Shown: positions 46,522-56,559 of the stretch, in pieces
How positions within the stretch are numbered: the stretch's first letter is position 1
Layout of the letters: each line of letters begins with the position of its first letter
IMG/VR virus record: IMGVR_UViG_3300020577_010124
Span: 1 to 64,000 of that record
Direction: 5' to 3' (one strand)
Source: a virus
Lineage: Duplodnaviria; Caudoviricetes
DNA length: 64,000 bases
Notes under the pieces: model-generated
Told to the model about the DNA's origin: nothing
The model's input: the letters and a program-made list of their open reading frames with translations, nothing else
The model's database searches: none
Position numbers and translations under genes: made by a program

Positions 46522-49500
46522 ATGAAGGTTACTGACTTTTTCAAGCGAATCAAGGCCAGCCTATTTACGGAGGCTCAACTTCGTCGTTTTATCAACGACG
46601 ATATTCCTCTTAATCCAAAAGAGCCTTTTCCTGCAAAAACGCCGCCTGTTGTAAAAAAGCCAGCCCCTAAAGCTGTTGTTCCTTTTGCTCCAACTCCATA
46701 TGAGCCTATGCCTGCTCCTGCTAATAAACCAGCAGTCATGCCAAGTCCTCAAGTTGCTCCAATTTCGCAACCTCAACAAAGCCAACCAACAGAACAAGAG
46801 CTAACTCCTCGCCAACAACAGTTTGCGACTCTGTTGCAACGACTTTATGATAAAGAACTAAATAACGAACTCAATGGCCTTGATCCTATTGAAAAGGCTG
46901 AGTTTGATTATGACAACTTTAATCGCTCTTTCAAATCTAATGTTCTTCGAAAACTTCCGCCAGAAAACAGAGAAGACATGGTTGTTGCGATGGATGTCTT
47001 TTTGCAAAAACTCAACAAAGACCAAGGCGGTTTTAGTAAAAATGAAATCATGAGTCTTTTGAGAGACGGATATACAAATATTCTAAACTCTACAAAGCCA
47101 ACAAAAGACGGATCGCCTGATATCAAAAGCGTTCACAATAAGTTCTTGCGAGAGTTTGGAACGCAACCAACTTTCAAGCCGTATATACGAGAGTTTCTAG
47201 AGAATATTGCTAAAGAACAGATGCCAGGAGAATCTTCTCCTATTATGCGTCAAGTTGCTGTTCCTAATAAGTTCCCAGATCTAAGCGAACAAGTTGTTCG
47301 TGGTCTTATTTATTTTGAAGGCGCAGAGAAACTTCGAACATGGCCGCATTTCTTGCAAAATGAAAACAACGAGAAAATGCTCGACCGTATTGTTGAAGAT
47401 ATTGTCAAATCCGCCAACATCAATCGAGAGCAGCTTTCTACCAACTTCCTTCAATCGTATCTTGGCTTGGGCGGCGGTCAGTCTAATAACTCTCAGGCTA
47501 ACCTTCGACGCTTCTATCAGCTATTTATTGACAATAATCTGAAGGACAAGAATATTGATCCAGTAGAGATTCAGAGACGGCTCAACACCGTTGACCCTAA
47601 CTCTCCAAATCAGAGACTGGCTGTACATGATATTATCAAGTTTGTTAATAGCACTCTATTCATGCCCGACAAGTATGGCAAAGAATATATTGTCAAGTAT
47701 ATGCTTTCCAGAAAACCTGGCGAGCTACGAAAAATCCTTAAGCAAAATGGCGCAACTCCAGAAGATATCGCTTCTATTATGACGGTACAAGGGGAAGAAG
47801 GTCAAGAGCAGGTCCAGATACGCAAAGACCAAGGTATCAATACAAGCAGAAATCAACAAGTTGTTCGTCCATATTTGAAGCCAATCTCAGAATATATTGA
47901 TACTCTCATAACTTCTCAAGATGAAGACTTCTTTGATTGGTGTGCAACAGAAGCCTATCGAGATTATGGTAGAGGTATGCAATCTATAACCAGAAACGCT
48001 CCAAGAACTAAGGGAGAAAATGGCGAGGATATTGCCTACGACTTTGCAGACGAAGATCAGCATGGTTTTGGAGATGATTCTGATGATGTTGACAATGATA
48101 GAGACGAGTTTGCAGAACAAAACAGTCTTGGCGAAGACGAGGGCGAAGAAGACGTTAAGAGAGTTATGTCTAATGAAGGTCTTCCTGCCGAGGAAGTTGT
48201 TCCAGACGAAAATGCAACAGTTAAGCCAGAACAACTAACAAGTTTCTTTGACAACTACAAGAAGATTAGAGCTTTGTATGGCGATATAGCAACTGCTATG
48301 GACCGACAGTATTTGTCTTCTTTATCTAAGATGTCTGCTGCTCCTCAAGCAAAAACTGACGAGGAAGGCGGAGAGGAAGAGGGCGGCGGTAGTGTTTCTA
48401 GAGAATCATTGTTGACCATTCTGCAAAAGCAGGCACTATACAAAATGCTTTTCAGTCTTTCGGACAAGCGCATGGCTGATTTTTTCGGAACGTCACACAA
48501 TGGTATTCCTGTTACGGATACTCGTCTTCTTTCTATTATCAATCAAGATTGGAATGAACTAGTTAGACCATATGACTTGGCAAAAGAATTAGATCTAACC
48601 ATGAACAATCCGATCATCGCTCAAACTGTACAGAGAGCTTTGAATGACGGTTTAGGATTGGCTGGCGGCAAGACGCAAAGCAATACTCCCGAAGGAATGT
48701 ATCGAGCGATATTTGGAGATCCAGGCAAGCAAGACGCTGCTAATCTAACAGTCAGAATGTGGATTCGTTTGAATAACTTTGAAAACTTGTTATTGAGTCC
48801 TGAGATTGCGGGTAAACATGGAAAAGAAGCTTTGGTTTCTTTCCTTGATATGGTTGGTATGGACAAGAGAGTTATTCGCTTGGGTTCTTTGCTTTCTAAG
48901 AGTAATGCTGCTGGTATAAATGACAAGATTGAATACTTGACCGAACTTGTTAGAAGAGGTTCTATAACCGATTTTACCGAGGACCAAATAGAGAACATGA
49001 GCATAGACGAGCTTTCGTCTGTGTTTGGTCGTGTACGTAGAGAACTAGAAGGTTTCTATGGAAACTCGGCGATGAAGCGTCAGGCTATTATGGATAGTCC
49101 TACGATTACAGATCAAGATATTGCAGAAGTCGGAGCTTCGCTAGGAATACGATCTAAGAAAGATTTCCAGAATGCTCCAACTGCTAAAGCAAATGCTGTT
49201 ATCAAAGGCATATATACTTCTGACCGATACGAAAAAATCAAGATGCAAACAGAAGAAGACGAAAGCCTTCGTACATATTTGAAAAACGGAATTAAGAAGA
49301 GAAGTGAAACGGACGAGGCTATTCTTCCTAAGCTTGGACTAGATACTTACTTGGATATTGATAATCTACCAGGACGTAGAGTTCAGCAGATAGCTCAAGT
49401 CTACTATCCTGACGTTTATCAAGCTTTTAGAGCAGGGAAGCTCAAGTCCGTTGGAGAGAGCGCAAAGCCTCTAGAGAATACGTTTAAGAAGACACTTTCA

Positions 49501-50034
49501 AGCTATGTATCTGCTAATCCAAAACTACTTCAAGTATTGGGCTATCCTTCTATGGACGAGTTCAATGATTTCTTGAAGAAGTCAACGGGAGACGATCTAT
49601 CAAAGCCAATGGAGAAGATTTTGTCTCGTAGCGGCGAGCTTGAACAAATGAAGCCAGGCCCATTGCGAGAGGTTATGAATACTTACAACAGATACTTGTC
49701 TGTTAGAGACTTCTCGCAGAATCCTGACCAAGCAAGACTTGGCGTTGCTTTGAAGCATCATATCCACAACAACTTGATAAAGCCTGACGAAACAAAGGGT
49801 TCGGTTCCTACAGGAATGTTGAATCAAGCTCTTGTCTTTGCTAAGATTCTTGATCTTCCAAAGAAGCAAGTTGCGGCCAAACTCAGAATGCTTAGTTTGA
49901 AAAAGATTGCATCACAAAAGCGCTATAATGCTCTCGTTCAATTGAGGTACCGATTTGCTCAGCGTAGTGTCGATACAACTATGCTAGACCAACTGATAGC
50001 GAAAGTGCTTGAAGATGCCAGAAGATTCGACTAA
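46522..50034 (+). CDS. Large helical hypothetical protein, possible internal head protein
   Basis: About 1170 aa from ATG 46522 (RBS AAGGAG); Pro-rich N-region, acidic tracts, KxA motifs near both ends. Confidence 0.5.
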   Translation: MKVTDFFKRIKASLFTEAQLRRFINDDIPLNPKEPFPAKTPPVVKKPAPKAVVPFAPTPYEPMPAPANKPAVMPSPQVAPISQPQQSQPTEQELTPRQQQFATLLQRLYDKELNNELNGLDPIEKAEFDYDNFNRSFKSNVLRKLPPENREDMVVAMDVFLQKLNKDQGGFSKNEIMSLLRDGYTNILNSTKPTKDGSPDIKSVHNKFLREFGTQPTFKPYIREFLENIAKEQMPGESSPIMRQVAVPNKFPDLSEQVVRGLIYFEGAEKLRTWPHFLQNENNEKMLDRIVEDIVKSANINREQLSTNFLQSYLGLGGGQSNNSQANLRRFYQLFIDNNLKDKNIDPVEIQRRLNTVDPNSPNQRLAVHDIIKFVNSTLFMPDKYGKEYIVKYMLSRKPGELRKILKQNGATPEDIASIMTVQGEEGQEQVQIRKDQGINTSRNQQVVRPYLKPISEYIDTLITSQDEDFFDWCATEAYRDYGRGMQSITRNAPRTKGENGEDIAYDFADEDQHGFGDDSDDVDNDRDEFAEQNSLGEDEGEEDVKRVMSNEGLPAEEVVPDENATVKPEQLTSFFDNYKKIRALYGDIATAMDRQYLSSLSKMSAAPQAKTDEEGGEEEGGGSVSRESLLTILQKQALYKMLFSLSDKRMADFFGTSHNGIPVTDTRLLSIINQDWNELVRPYDLAKELDLTMNNPIIAQTVQRALNDGLGLAGGKTQSNTPEGMYRAIFGDPGKQDAANLTVRMWIRLNNFENLLLSPEIAGKHGKEALVSFLDMVGMDKRVIRLGSLLSKSNAAGINDKIEYLTELVRRGSITDFTEDQIENMSIDELSSVFGRVRRELEGFYGNSAMKRQAIMDSPTITDQDIAEVGASLGIRSKKDFQNAPTAKANAVIKGIYTSDRYEKIKMQTEEDESLRTYLKNGIKKRSETDEAILPKLGLDTYLDIDNLPGRRVQQIAQVYYPDVYQAFRAGKLKSVGESAKPLENTFKKTLSSYVSANPKLLQVLGYPSMDEFNDFLKKSTGDDLSKPMEKILSRSGELEQMKPGPLREVMNTYNRYLSVRDFSQNPDQARLGVALKHHIHNNLIKPDETKGSVPTGMLNQALVFAKILDLPKKQVAAKLRMLSLKKIASQKRYNALVQLRYRFAQRSVDTTMLDQLIAKVLEDARRFD

Positions 50035-50227
50035 GACAGAAGAGGCTCCGATACCTAGATTTGTGTTTGTCTGCGCCTTTTGCAGATCCCATGATAGCTC
50101 TCCGTCTATTGAGTTCAACTTTGGCGATGCCAAGGTTTATAGCTATTGCAAATCATGCAAGAAGATGAATGAGATGGACTTCTCAAAGACGATGCCTTCT
50201 TCATATCCAAAACCAAGGCGAATATGA
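50015..50227 (+). CDS. Small zinc-ribbon protein
   Basis: CAFC...CKSC. Confidence 0.6.
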   Translation: MPEDSTKTEEAPIPRFVFVCAFCRSHDSSPSIEFNFGDAKVYSYCKSCKKMNEMDFSKTMPSSYPKPRRI

Positions 50228-50228
50228 G

Positions 50229-50822
50229 ATGTACATAATCAAAAATATATCAGCAAGCGAAGTAACACTAAATGATCTTCATATTATGCTTGGCAAGGGC
50301 GAGCAGGTAGATGTTGATATGGTTTGCTCTCGTTATATAGCTGAGCAATCCGCCATTCTCAAACAAAACATAAGATCAGGCGCTTTGAGAGTTATAATGA
50401 AGGACGACCATAGAGGTACGGTCCAGATCAAAACCGCAGAATACGCTCCTCCGCCTCCTCCAATGGTTCATAAGCAAGATAACAGCGATGTTATTGACGC
50501 GGTAAAGCAGCTTGAAGCAAAGCTTGAAAAACGATTGGAAGAGAAAGTTACGGCTGCTCAACAGCAACAGCCTCAAATAGACCCAGCTTTACTTTCTCAA
50601 GCGCTTGCAGCTATTCAAGGCCTTGTCAATCAAGCAGGAAAGGCTGTTCCTTCTAAGGAAGAAAACCCCTCGGAAGAGGTTAGCGAGAGAGTTGTAGACA
50701 TACATAAAAGAACCTTGGACAGATTGGCAGGAAATGCTCAAAGTAATGTAAAACATACAGAGCAAATATCCGATAATAGTAGTGTACAAAAGAATATTGA
50801 CGAACTCGAAGGACTGCTGTGA
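50229..50822 (+). CDS. Coiled-coil protein, candidate actin partner
   Basis: N-terminal shared small domain, polyPro linker, coiled coil, amphipathic C-terminal helix (NIDELEGLL). Confidence 0.55.
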   Translation: MYIIKNISASEVTLNDLHIMLGKGEQVDVDMVCSRYIAEQSAILKQNIRSGALRVIMKDDHRGTVQIKTAEYAPPPPPMVHKQDNSDVIDAVKQLEAKLEKRLEEKVTAAQQQQPQIDPALLSQALAAIQGLVNQAGKAVPSKEENPSEEVSERVVDIHKRTLDRLAGNAQSNVKHTEQISDNSSVQKNIDELEGLL

Positions 50823-51643
50823 AAGACGAAGAAATTTACAAACAATTAGAAGAACTATGCAAAGATCGAATAACCATAATATCTCATTGTGGATACGATA
50901 AGGAAGGCCAATTTATTAGTTGGTCTGATCTATTTAATCATTCGGTTTTTGACGGCATGATGCTTTCTGATGGATATATAGAAAAAAGATCCGAATCTAG
51001 TTCTGCAAGATTTAGATTATCTTGTAAATATGAAGAATTTGCTCGATGCTTTGCGAATTATACAGGAATAGGTAAGAATATAAATTTAGCATCACATAGT
51101 TACTCTGATAAGAGAACAAATAAAACATATACTGGATATCGTTTAGATTCTAAATCAAATTATGAATTTGTTTTGCAACATACTCGATGGTACCCGAATG
51201 GAAAGAAAATTGTGCCGAGAGACATAATTTTGGATAGAACTACGTTATTATGGTGGTATCTTGGCGACGGTCATTTGAATAAAAAGAAGGCTAGACCAAA
51301 TTATAGACGAGTTGTATTATCTACTCAAGGATTTGTTAATGAAGATATTGATTTTCTAAAATCTAAAGTTGTCGAAAAATTTGGCGAAGATTCTGTCTAC
51401 ATAGAAAACCGAAATATAATCATTGGAAGAAAAGCTCTTTGTAAATTCGCAAAAGAAATGGGCAACAAAAGTCCAGTAAATTGCTACCAGTACAAGTTTG
51501 ATTTTGGGCCATATGTTGATGAAAACTATTGGGAAAAGAGTTTTGAGGATAGACCGCTGAAGTACATAAATGAATACAGACGAAAGAATAAAGTTAGAGA
51601 GTTAAAGTATACAGAGAAAAGGGAGATTAGTCATGATAAGTAG
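50819..51643 (+). mobile_element. Free-standing LAGLIDADG homing endonuclease
   Basis: Two motifs FDGMMLSDGYI and LLWWYLGDGHL, WYPNGKKIVP, LSTQGF; more AT-rich than its neighbours; overlaps both flanking genes. Confidence 0.85.
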
Positions 51644-52706
51644 AGTGGTAGGAGCCGACATCGGCACGATGTTTTTTCAGGTTGCCGAGATGGAGAATGG
51701 TAACTTAAAAGTAAAGAACACAAGAAATGCTTTTGTCGAGCTTCCAAAGACAGACGACGTTGAAGATACCCTTCAGCGAAACAACTGGCAATATATCAAA
51801 GACGGAGATAGCTATTTCGTAGTCGGAGAGGACTGCGTAAAGGTTGCCAATATTTTTCCAGGCAAAGTTGAAATTCGTCGGCCAATGGCTGACGGAGTTT
51901 TGAACAAGAATGAAGATAAGAAGCTTATTGTTCTTGCTGAACTTGTAAAAGCTTCTATTGGGCAAGCTCCCGACGACAACTCATGGGTATGTACATGCGT
52001 TAGCTCTGATTCGGTAGACGGATCGGCTGATTCTACATTCCATAGAAATCGAGTTATGGCGTTGTTCACTCGTCTTGGCTGGAAGGTCAAGGTTATTGAA
52101 GAGGCTCATGCTGTTATTCTAAGCGAAAGGCCAACGATTGTTGAGGAAGACGGAACGATTGTTCCTTACTCTGGCATCGGTGTAAGTTTTGGCGCTGGAC
52201 GAGCCAACTGCTTGCTGGCCTATAAGGGCTTGCCTGTTATTGGAATGAGCGTTGCTCGAAGCGGCGATTGGATTGATAAGCAAGTCTTTGAGCAGACAGG
52301 AGTTGCTATATCGCAAATCATCTCTGCCAAGGAAAGAAAGCTTGATTTTGACGCTCTAGACGATAGCGACGACGTAGTTTTTGCTCTTAATGCATACTAT
52401 GACGCAATGATTGAATATGTCTTCAAACATTTCGGTAAAAAGTTCCAAGAAGTAAAGAGTCAGTTTAACCAACCCCTTGATATTGTAGTCGCTGGCGGAA
52501 CCTCGATGCCTAAAGGTTTTTGTCAGAAACTAGAGAAAATAGTAATGGGTCTTAATCTGCCTTTCAAAGTCAAGGAAGTCAGACACGCAAAAAGTCCAAG
52601 GAATGCCGTAGTTGAAGGTTTGCTAGCTCAAGCAATGATAACTCAAAAGAAAGAGTCGCAGAACCTTCCGCAAGCTCAAGACCCAATTGATAAACTCTTG
52701 ACTTGA
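51633..52706 (+). CDS. Actin-like ATPase (volactin-like clade)
   Basis: GADIGT (phosphate 1), IEEAHAV (connect 1), SFGAG (phosphate 2), GDWID, AGGTS (adenosine), RRPMADGVL. Confidence 0.85.
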   Translation: MISRVVGADIGTMFFQVAEMENGNLKVKNTRNAFVELPKTDDVEDTLQRNNWQYIKDGDSYFVVGEDCVKVANIFPGKVEIRRPMADGVLNKNEDKKLIVLAELVKASIGQAPDDNSWVCTCVSSDSVDGSADSTFHRNRVMALFTRLGWKVKVIEEAHAVILSERPTIVEEDGTIVPYSGIGVSFGAGRANCLLAYKGLPVIGMSVARSGDWIDKQVFEQTGVAISQIISAKERKLDFDALDDSDDVVFALNAYYDAMIEYVFKHFGKKFQEVKSQFNQPLDIVVAGGTSMPKGFCQKLEKIVMGLNLPFKVKEVRHAKSPRNAVVEGLLAQAMITQKKESQNLPQAQDPIDKLLT

Positions 52707-52718
52707 CGAGAAAGCTAA

Positions 52719-53447
52719 ATGGGATATGCAACTCCACAACAAGTATACGACATCATAGCTCAGTCTCTTACCAGTGCAACTAATAGAGTCGTAAACGGGC
52801 AGCCTGTCCCCCTTGTAAATTTCGGTAGAGCCAAAGATAGCAACACTATCCCTGATAGCGTTGTCTATCAGGCTATAAGCTGGGCAAGCGACCAAATCGA
52901 CGCTGGCATAAGCGAGCTATACGTTACTCCGTTGTGCGAAAAGACAGATCTTGAAATAAGACTTCTTGCTGACATCGATCCTTATAATGACGCAATCAAT
53001 GTTACTAAGGCTACAGTCCTAAATCCTGGCGATACTTTGGTATTTATTGATTCCTTGGGAGAAGAGCGTCATATTGTCAGCGCTGTTACCGACGCAAATA
53101 CCATTGAGCTAGCCGAACCAATCTTGGGTATCTACCATAAAGAAACAACGAGGATCTTGCGAGTAAAGTTTCCTCCAAGTGTAAATCTGATGTGCGCTAG
53201 ACTTGCCGCGGCAAATCTCTACGATAAGTATTTTTCTGCGCAAGCAAATCCAGATAAGACTGAATACGGCAAGACTCTTAGAGGTTGGGCTTTGTCAGAT
53301 CTCAATTCTGTTATCAATGGTATCATTATTCTCAACGGTCAGAAGAGAATAGGGCGTAGATTCTACAATCCAAATCTTAGCGATCGTTATGGCCTACCTC
53401 CATTGGATAAGGACTTCAACATCAAGATGGACGGAGGAGATAGATGA
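52719..53447 (+). CDS. Head-tail adaptor (Mu gp36/DUF1320-like) with inserted domain
   Basis: MGYAT..AISWASDQIDA..Y.TPL..PPSVNLMCARLAAANLY..ALSDL. Confidence 0.7.
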   Translation: MGYATPQQVYDIIAQSLTSATNRVVNGQPVPLVNFGRAKDSNTIPDSVVYQAISWASDQIDAGISELYVTPLCEKTDLEIRLLADIDPYNDAINVTKATVLNPGDTLVFIDSLGEERHIVSAVTDANTIELAEPILGIYHKETTRILRVKFPPSVNLMCARLAAANLYDKYFSAQANPDKTEYGKTLRGWALSDLNSVINGIIILNGQKRIGRRFYNPNLSDRYGLPPLDKDFNIKMDGGDR

Positions 53448-53683
53448 AAAACGATCTCTCTAAGTTTATTGGAGCTATAGACCAAGTGGCTCGGTTGAAC
53501 GGCAAGGAAATACGAGACAATATTTTTTCGCAAAAGACTGTGATTAGCAAAACTCCCGAAGAGGCCATGAAGAGAGCAGCCTACGAGGACTATCTTAAGA
53601 CAGGAAAGGCTCATTCGGTTGAGCATGCAAGAGAGATATGCGACGAGTTTATTAGAGACGTTTTGAAGAAGGCAACTGAATGA
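53444..53683 (+). CDS. Hypothetical protein
   Basis: 79 aa, RBS GGAGG, ATGA overlaps at both ends. Confidence 0.6.
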   Translation: MKNDLSKFIGAIDQVARLNGKEIRDNIFSQKTVISKTPEEAMKRAAYEDYLKTGKAHSVEHAREICDEFIRDVLKKATE

Positions 53684-54585
53684 TTGACATACTTGAAAGC
53701 GTAAGAAGAACGGTTTACCGTTGGGTCAATACGACTGTCCCTCTAACGACAGACGCAGCCTTTGGCGGTACTACGCTCAAAGTAACTTCTTCTAATCGCT
53801 TTCGAGTTGGCGACGAGGTTGCTTTGCATGACGGAGTAAATGGAGAGCCAGGCCTTCGTATCGCAGAGATTCCAGATCGTAATACAATCATACTAGAAAG
53901 TCCTATCAAGACGATTGCGGGTTGGAGATCTACCGCAAACGGAATGCTTACCAAGACCTATGACGGTCAGTTTATTCAAGCTATCTACATTGGCGAGCCA
54001 GACGTTATTCCAGCCTATCCAGCTATTACTATCATGGGGCAGAAGAGAACGTCCGAATGGTTTACTCTTGAAACTACCAAAGAGAGATACAGCCTACAGA
54101 TTGTTATTTATGCGCACAACGATAATCATGAAGCTGCCTACAGAATGGTTTCGCAAATCGCTAATATCATTCAGCTTGGCTTGAAAAAGAACGTTTTCCC
54201 TCTTGTTGGTCCATATGAAACGGTAAACGTTATTGCCGACGTAAACGGCGGAGACGAGTTTATCAAGGTGGCTGACTCTTCTAAGTTCCAATGCGAGAAC
54301 AAGATTCTTCTTGAGAACCGCTATCGAGCAGAAGAGCTTCGAGTAGCAGAAATTGTTGATCCAACGACTATTCGAGTTTGGCCTAATCCATACAATGACT
54401 TTCTTGTAAGCGAGCAGACTAAGGCGATTATCCTAAGTCGCTTTATCTACAATTCTTGGCCTAGCGATATTGATTACGGATTCAAGTACAAAGGTACATT
54501 GCTTCATGCAGCAAGCATTTCTTGGTTCGCGGAAGAACAGGAAATACAGACTCGTCATGGATGGTCGGACCCTCAACTCTCATAA
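53680..54585 (+). CDS. Putative tail terminator/completion protein with two inserted domains
   Basis: IYIGEPDVIPAYPAITI..YSLQIVIY..IDYG..LHAASISW; position between adaptor and tube. Confidence 0.6.
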   Translation: MIDILESVRRTVYRWVNTTVPLTTDAAFGGTTLKVTSSNRFRVGDEVALHDGVNGEPGLRIAEIPDRNTIILESPIKTIAGWRSTANGMLTKTYDGQFIQAIYIGEPDVIPAYPAITIMGQKRTSEWFTLETTKERYSLQIVIYAHNDNHEAAYRMVSQIANIIQLGLKKNVFPLVGPYETVNVIADVNGGDEFIKVADSSKFQCENKILLENRYRAEELRVAEIVDPTTIRVWPNPYNDFLVSEQTKAIILSRFIYNSWPSDIDYGFKYKGTLLHAASISWFAEEQEIQTRHGWSDPQLS

Positions 54586-54588
54586 ACT

Positions 54589-54891
54589 ATGTGGTACAAG
54601 CAAGCAAATCATCCTTACTTTGATATAGGGCATAAACCGTCCAAGGGTAGTCCTACTTTCTTGTGGTGGTGGAATAACGGTCTTCAAGTTCAACAAACAG
54701 AAGATCCTAACTATGGTCATTCTCAAGCAGTAGATCATGCTATTGCAAGCGCTCCTGGTTTTTGTAAAGGTCGTTACGATCCTGTAACTAATATGATTAG
54801 CATAATGGCAATACAAGGAATACCAGAAGGCTGTGCTGATGCTCTTAAGGCTAAATGGCCTGGCGCTCATATCCGAGTATTTCGTAGGTAA
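54589..54891 (+). CDS. Hypothetical protein starting MWYKQA
   Basis: 100-aa ORF in operon context. Confidence 0.6.
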   Translation: MWYKQANHPYFDIGHKPSKGSPTFLWWWNNGLQVQQTEDPNYGHSQAVDHAIASAPGFCKGRYDPVTNMISIMAIQGIPEGCADALKAKWPGAHIRVFRR

Positions 54892-54937
54892 TGTCGATAT
54901 CCTGTTAGCCCCGTAAGGCTATAAAGGAGACGTTCCT

Positions 54938-55387
54938 ATGCAACTATGCGAAAAATTCAATTTTGCCGCCAAGCTTCTTGTTGAAGCTAATCTCGAAAGA
55001 CAAGAAAATATTATGAGAGAGAATCCGACGCTTGGACCTAAAGCGTTGGCAAAAGAATTTTGTACAGTTAAATTATCTTCAGGTCGAAGAAGCGGAACTT
55101 CATATACAGCAATTGATTTAGCGGTTTCGTTCTTTAAGAAACCACTTATACTTTGCGCAAATGAAGCAATGGCTAAGCTTTTGAAGAAACAAATAGCTGC
55201 CAAAGATTCAAATAATTCTTATGTTGTTTGTTCTGTATTTAATAATCTTACAATGCAAGGTCTATCTCCTGATGCTGTTATCATAGATGGCGCAGGGATG
55301 GTTCCTTCATCTAGGATAGAAGATATATACGATATGTTCAAAATATCAGTTGTCAATGCTCAGGGTTGTTTTATATTTTTGGGGTAA
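54938..55387 (+). CDS. Small degenerate P-loop-like protein
   Basis: GRRSGTS (Walker A lacking Lys), AVIIDG (Walker B-like); RBS AAGGAG. Confidence 0.5.
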   Translation: MQLCEKFNFAAKLLVEANLERQENIMRENPTLGPKALAKEFCTVKLSSGRRSGTSYTAIDLAVSFFKKPLILCANEAMAKLLKKQIAAKDSNNSYVVCSVFNNLTMQGLSPDAVIIDGAGMVPSSRIEDIYDMFKISVVNAQGCFIFLG

Positions 55388-56559
55388 TGATGAAAATACT
55401 TACAATTGGCGCTTCGCCTTATTTGTTTGTCCGTAATGGACGCATGCATGCAGATATTATTGAATCGCTTATAGCTGACGGTCATGAAGTATCGTCGGCT
55501 GTTTGGCATCATGACGAAAGCTATTTTATGCCTTCTGAAGAGGGCATCCATTCCTATGAAAAATACGGAAAGGCTATTTGTCAACTCTATCCGTTTACTC
55601 CTAAAACAGAAGAAGCCTCTCCTTTTGTTTACGAGCTAATGAAAGTAGTCCATCCAGAGATTGTTATAACCGTTGGCGACTATAAGGATACGAATTTCAT
55701 TTTTGCTATCAAGGCAATGTATCCAACGCTGTTCAAGTGGGTAGCTATTTATACTTTTGATTGTCCTGGTATTACTCAGAGCGCTAAAGAAGCTTTTGAG
55801 TATACGGACTATTGTATTTCTACGTCTCCGTTTGGCTTGAAAGAGCTTATGTCTTTTGCGAATGTAGAAGGCGAGTATTTCCCTTATGGGCCTGACCATA
55901 GCAAGTTTTTTGCTACTAAGCCCATATCCGAAAGAGATTCGGTTCTTTGTAGCTCAAGGAACGCTCAATCGAGCAATATCCCAGCCTTTGTAAATGCTAT
56001 AGCTAAACAAGACGTAAAAGCGGTTATTCATACAAATATGTACGATGTTGGCGATTACAACCTTGAAGCGGTCAAAGCTCGCTATGGGGCAAATAAAGTC
56101 GTATTGCCAGAATACTATTGTTCTATAAAGGAAGGCTTGACCGAAAATGGCATGACCGATCTATATAACAACAGTAAAATTATAGTAGATTGTTCTATTA
56201 AATCAGCTACAGGACTTTCCTTGCTGGAAGGCATGGCATGCGGTTGTATTCCAGTCGGTCCTGCATATGGTATGATTGGGGAAATAATATCTCATATGCC
56301 AGAGGAATTTAAGTGCGCTATACCGTATAATATCTTTGTAGGACAAAACGAAGAGGAATTTGCAATAATTTCTCCCACAAACTTGTATTCAGTTTTGTCT
56401 TTTATACTACGATATGATCCACAAACCATGATTAGGGCAAGTAACGCCGCCATAGATGTATCGAAGAAATTCTCGAATACAGCTTTTATTGACAACCTAA
56501 AAAGAGTTCTTGAAAGAGTTCGTTCTGCCAAGCAAACATTGGTTCTAGATTCCCTGTAA
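55387..56559 (+). CDS. GT-B (GT4-like) glycosyltransferase
   Basis: PYGPDHSKF, SSRNAQSSN, LYNNSKI..SATGLSLLEGMACGCIPV. Confidence 0.8.
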   Translation: MMKILTIGASPYLFVRNGRMHADIIESLIADGHEVSSAVWHHDESYFMPSEEGIHSYEKYGKAICQLYPFTPKTEEASPFVYELMKVVHPEIVITVGDYKDTNFIFAIKAMYPTLFKWVAIYTFDCPGITQSAKEAFEYTDYCISTSPFGLKELMSFANVEGEYFPYGPDHSKFFATKPISERDSVLCSSRNAQSSNIPAFVNAIAKQDVKAVIHTNMYDVGDYNLEAVKARYGANKVVLPEYYCSIKEGLTENGMTDLYNNSKIIVDCSIKSATGLSLLEGMACGCIPVGPAYGMIGEIISHMPEEFKCAIPYNIFVGQNEEEFAIISPTNLYSVLSFILRYDPQTMIRASNAAIDVSKKFSNTAFIDNLKRVLERVRSAKQTLVLDSL

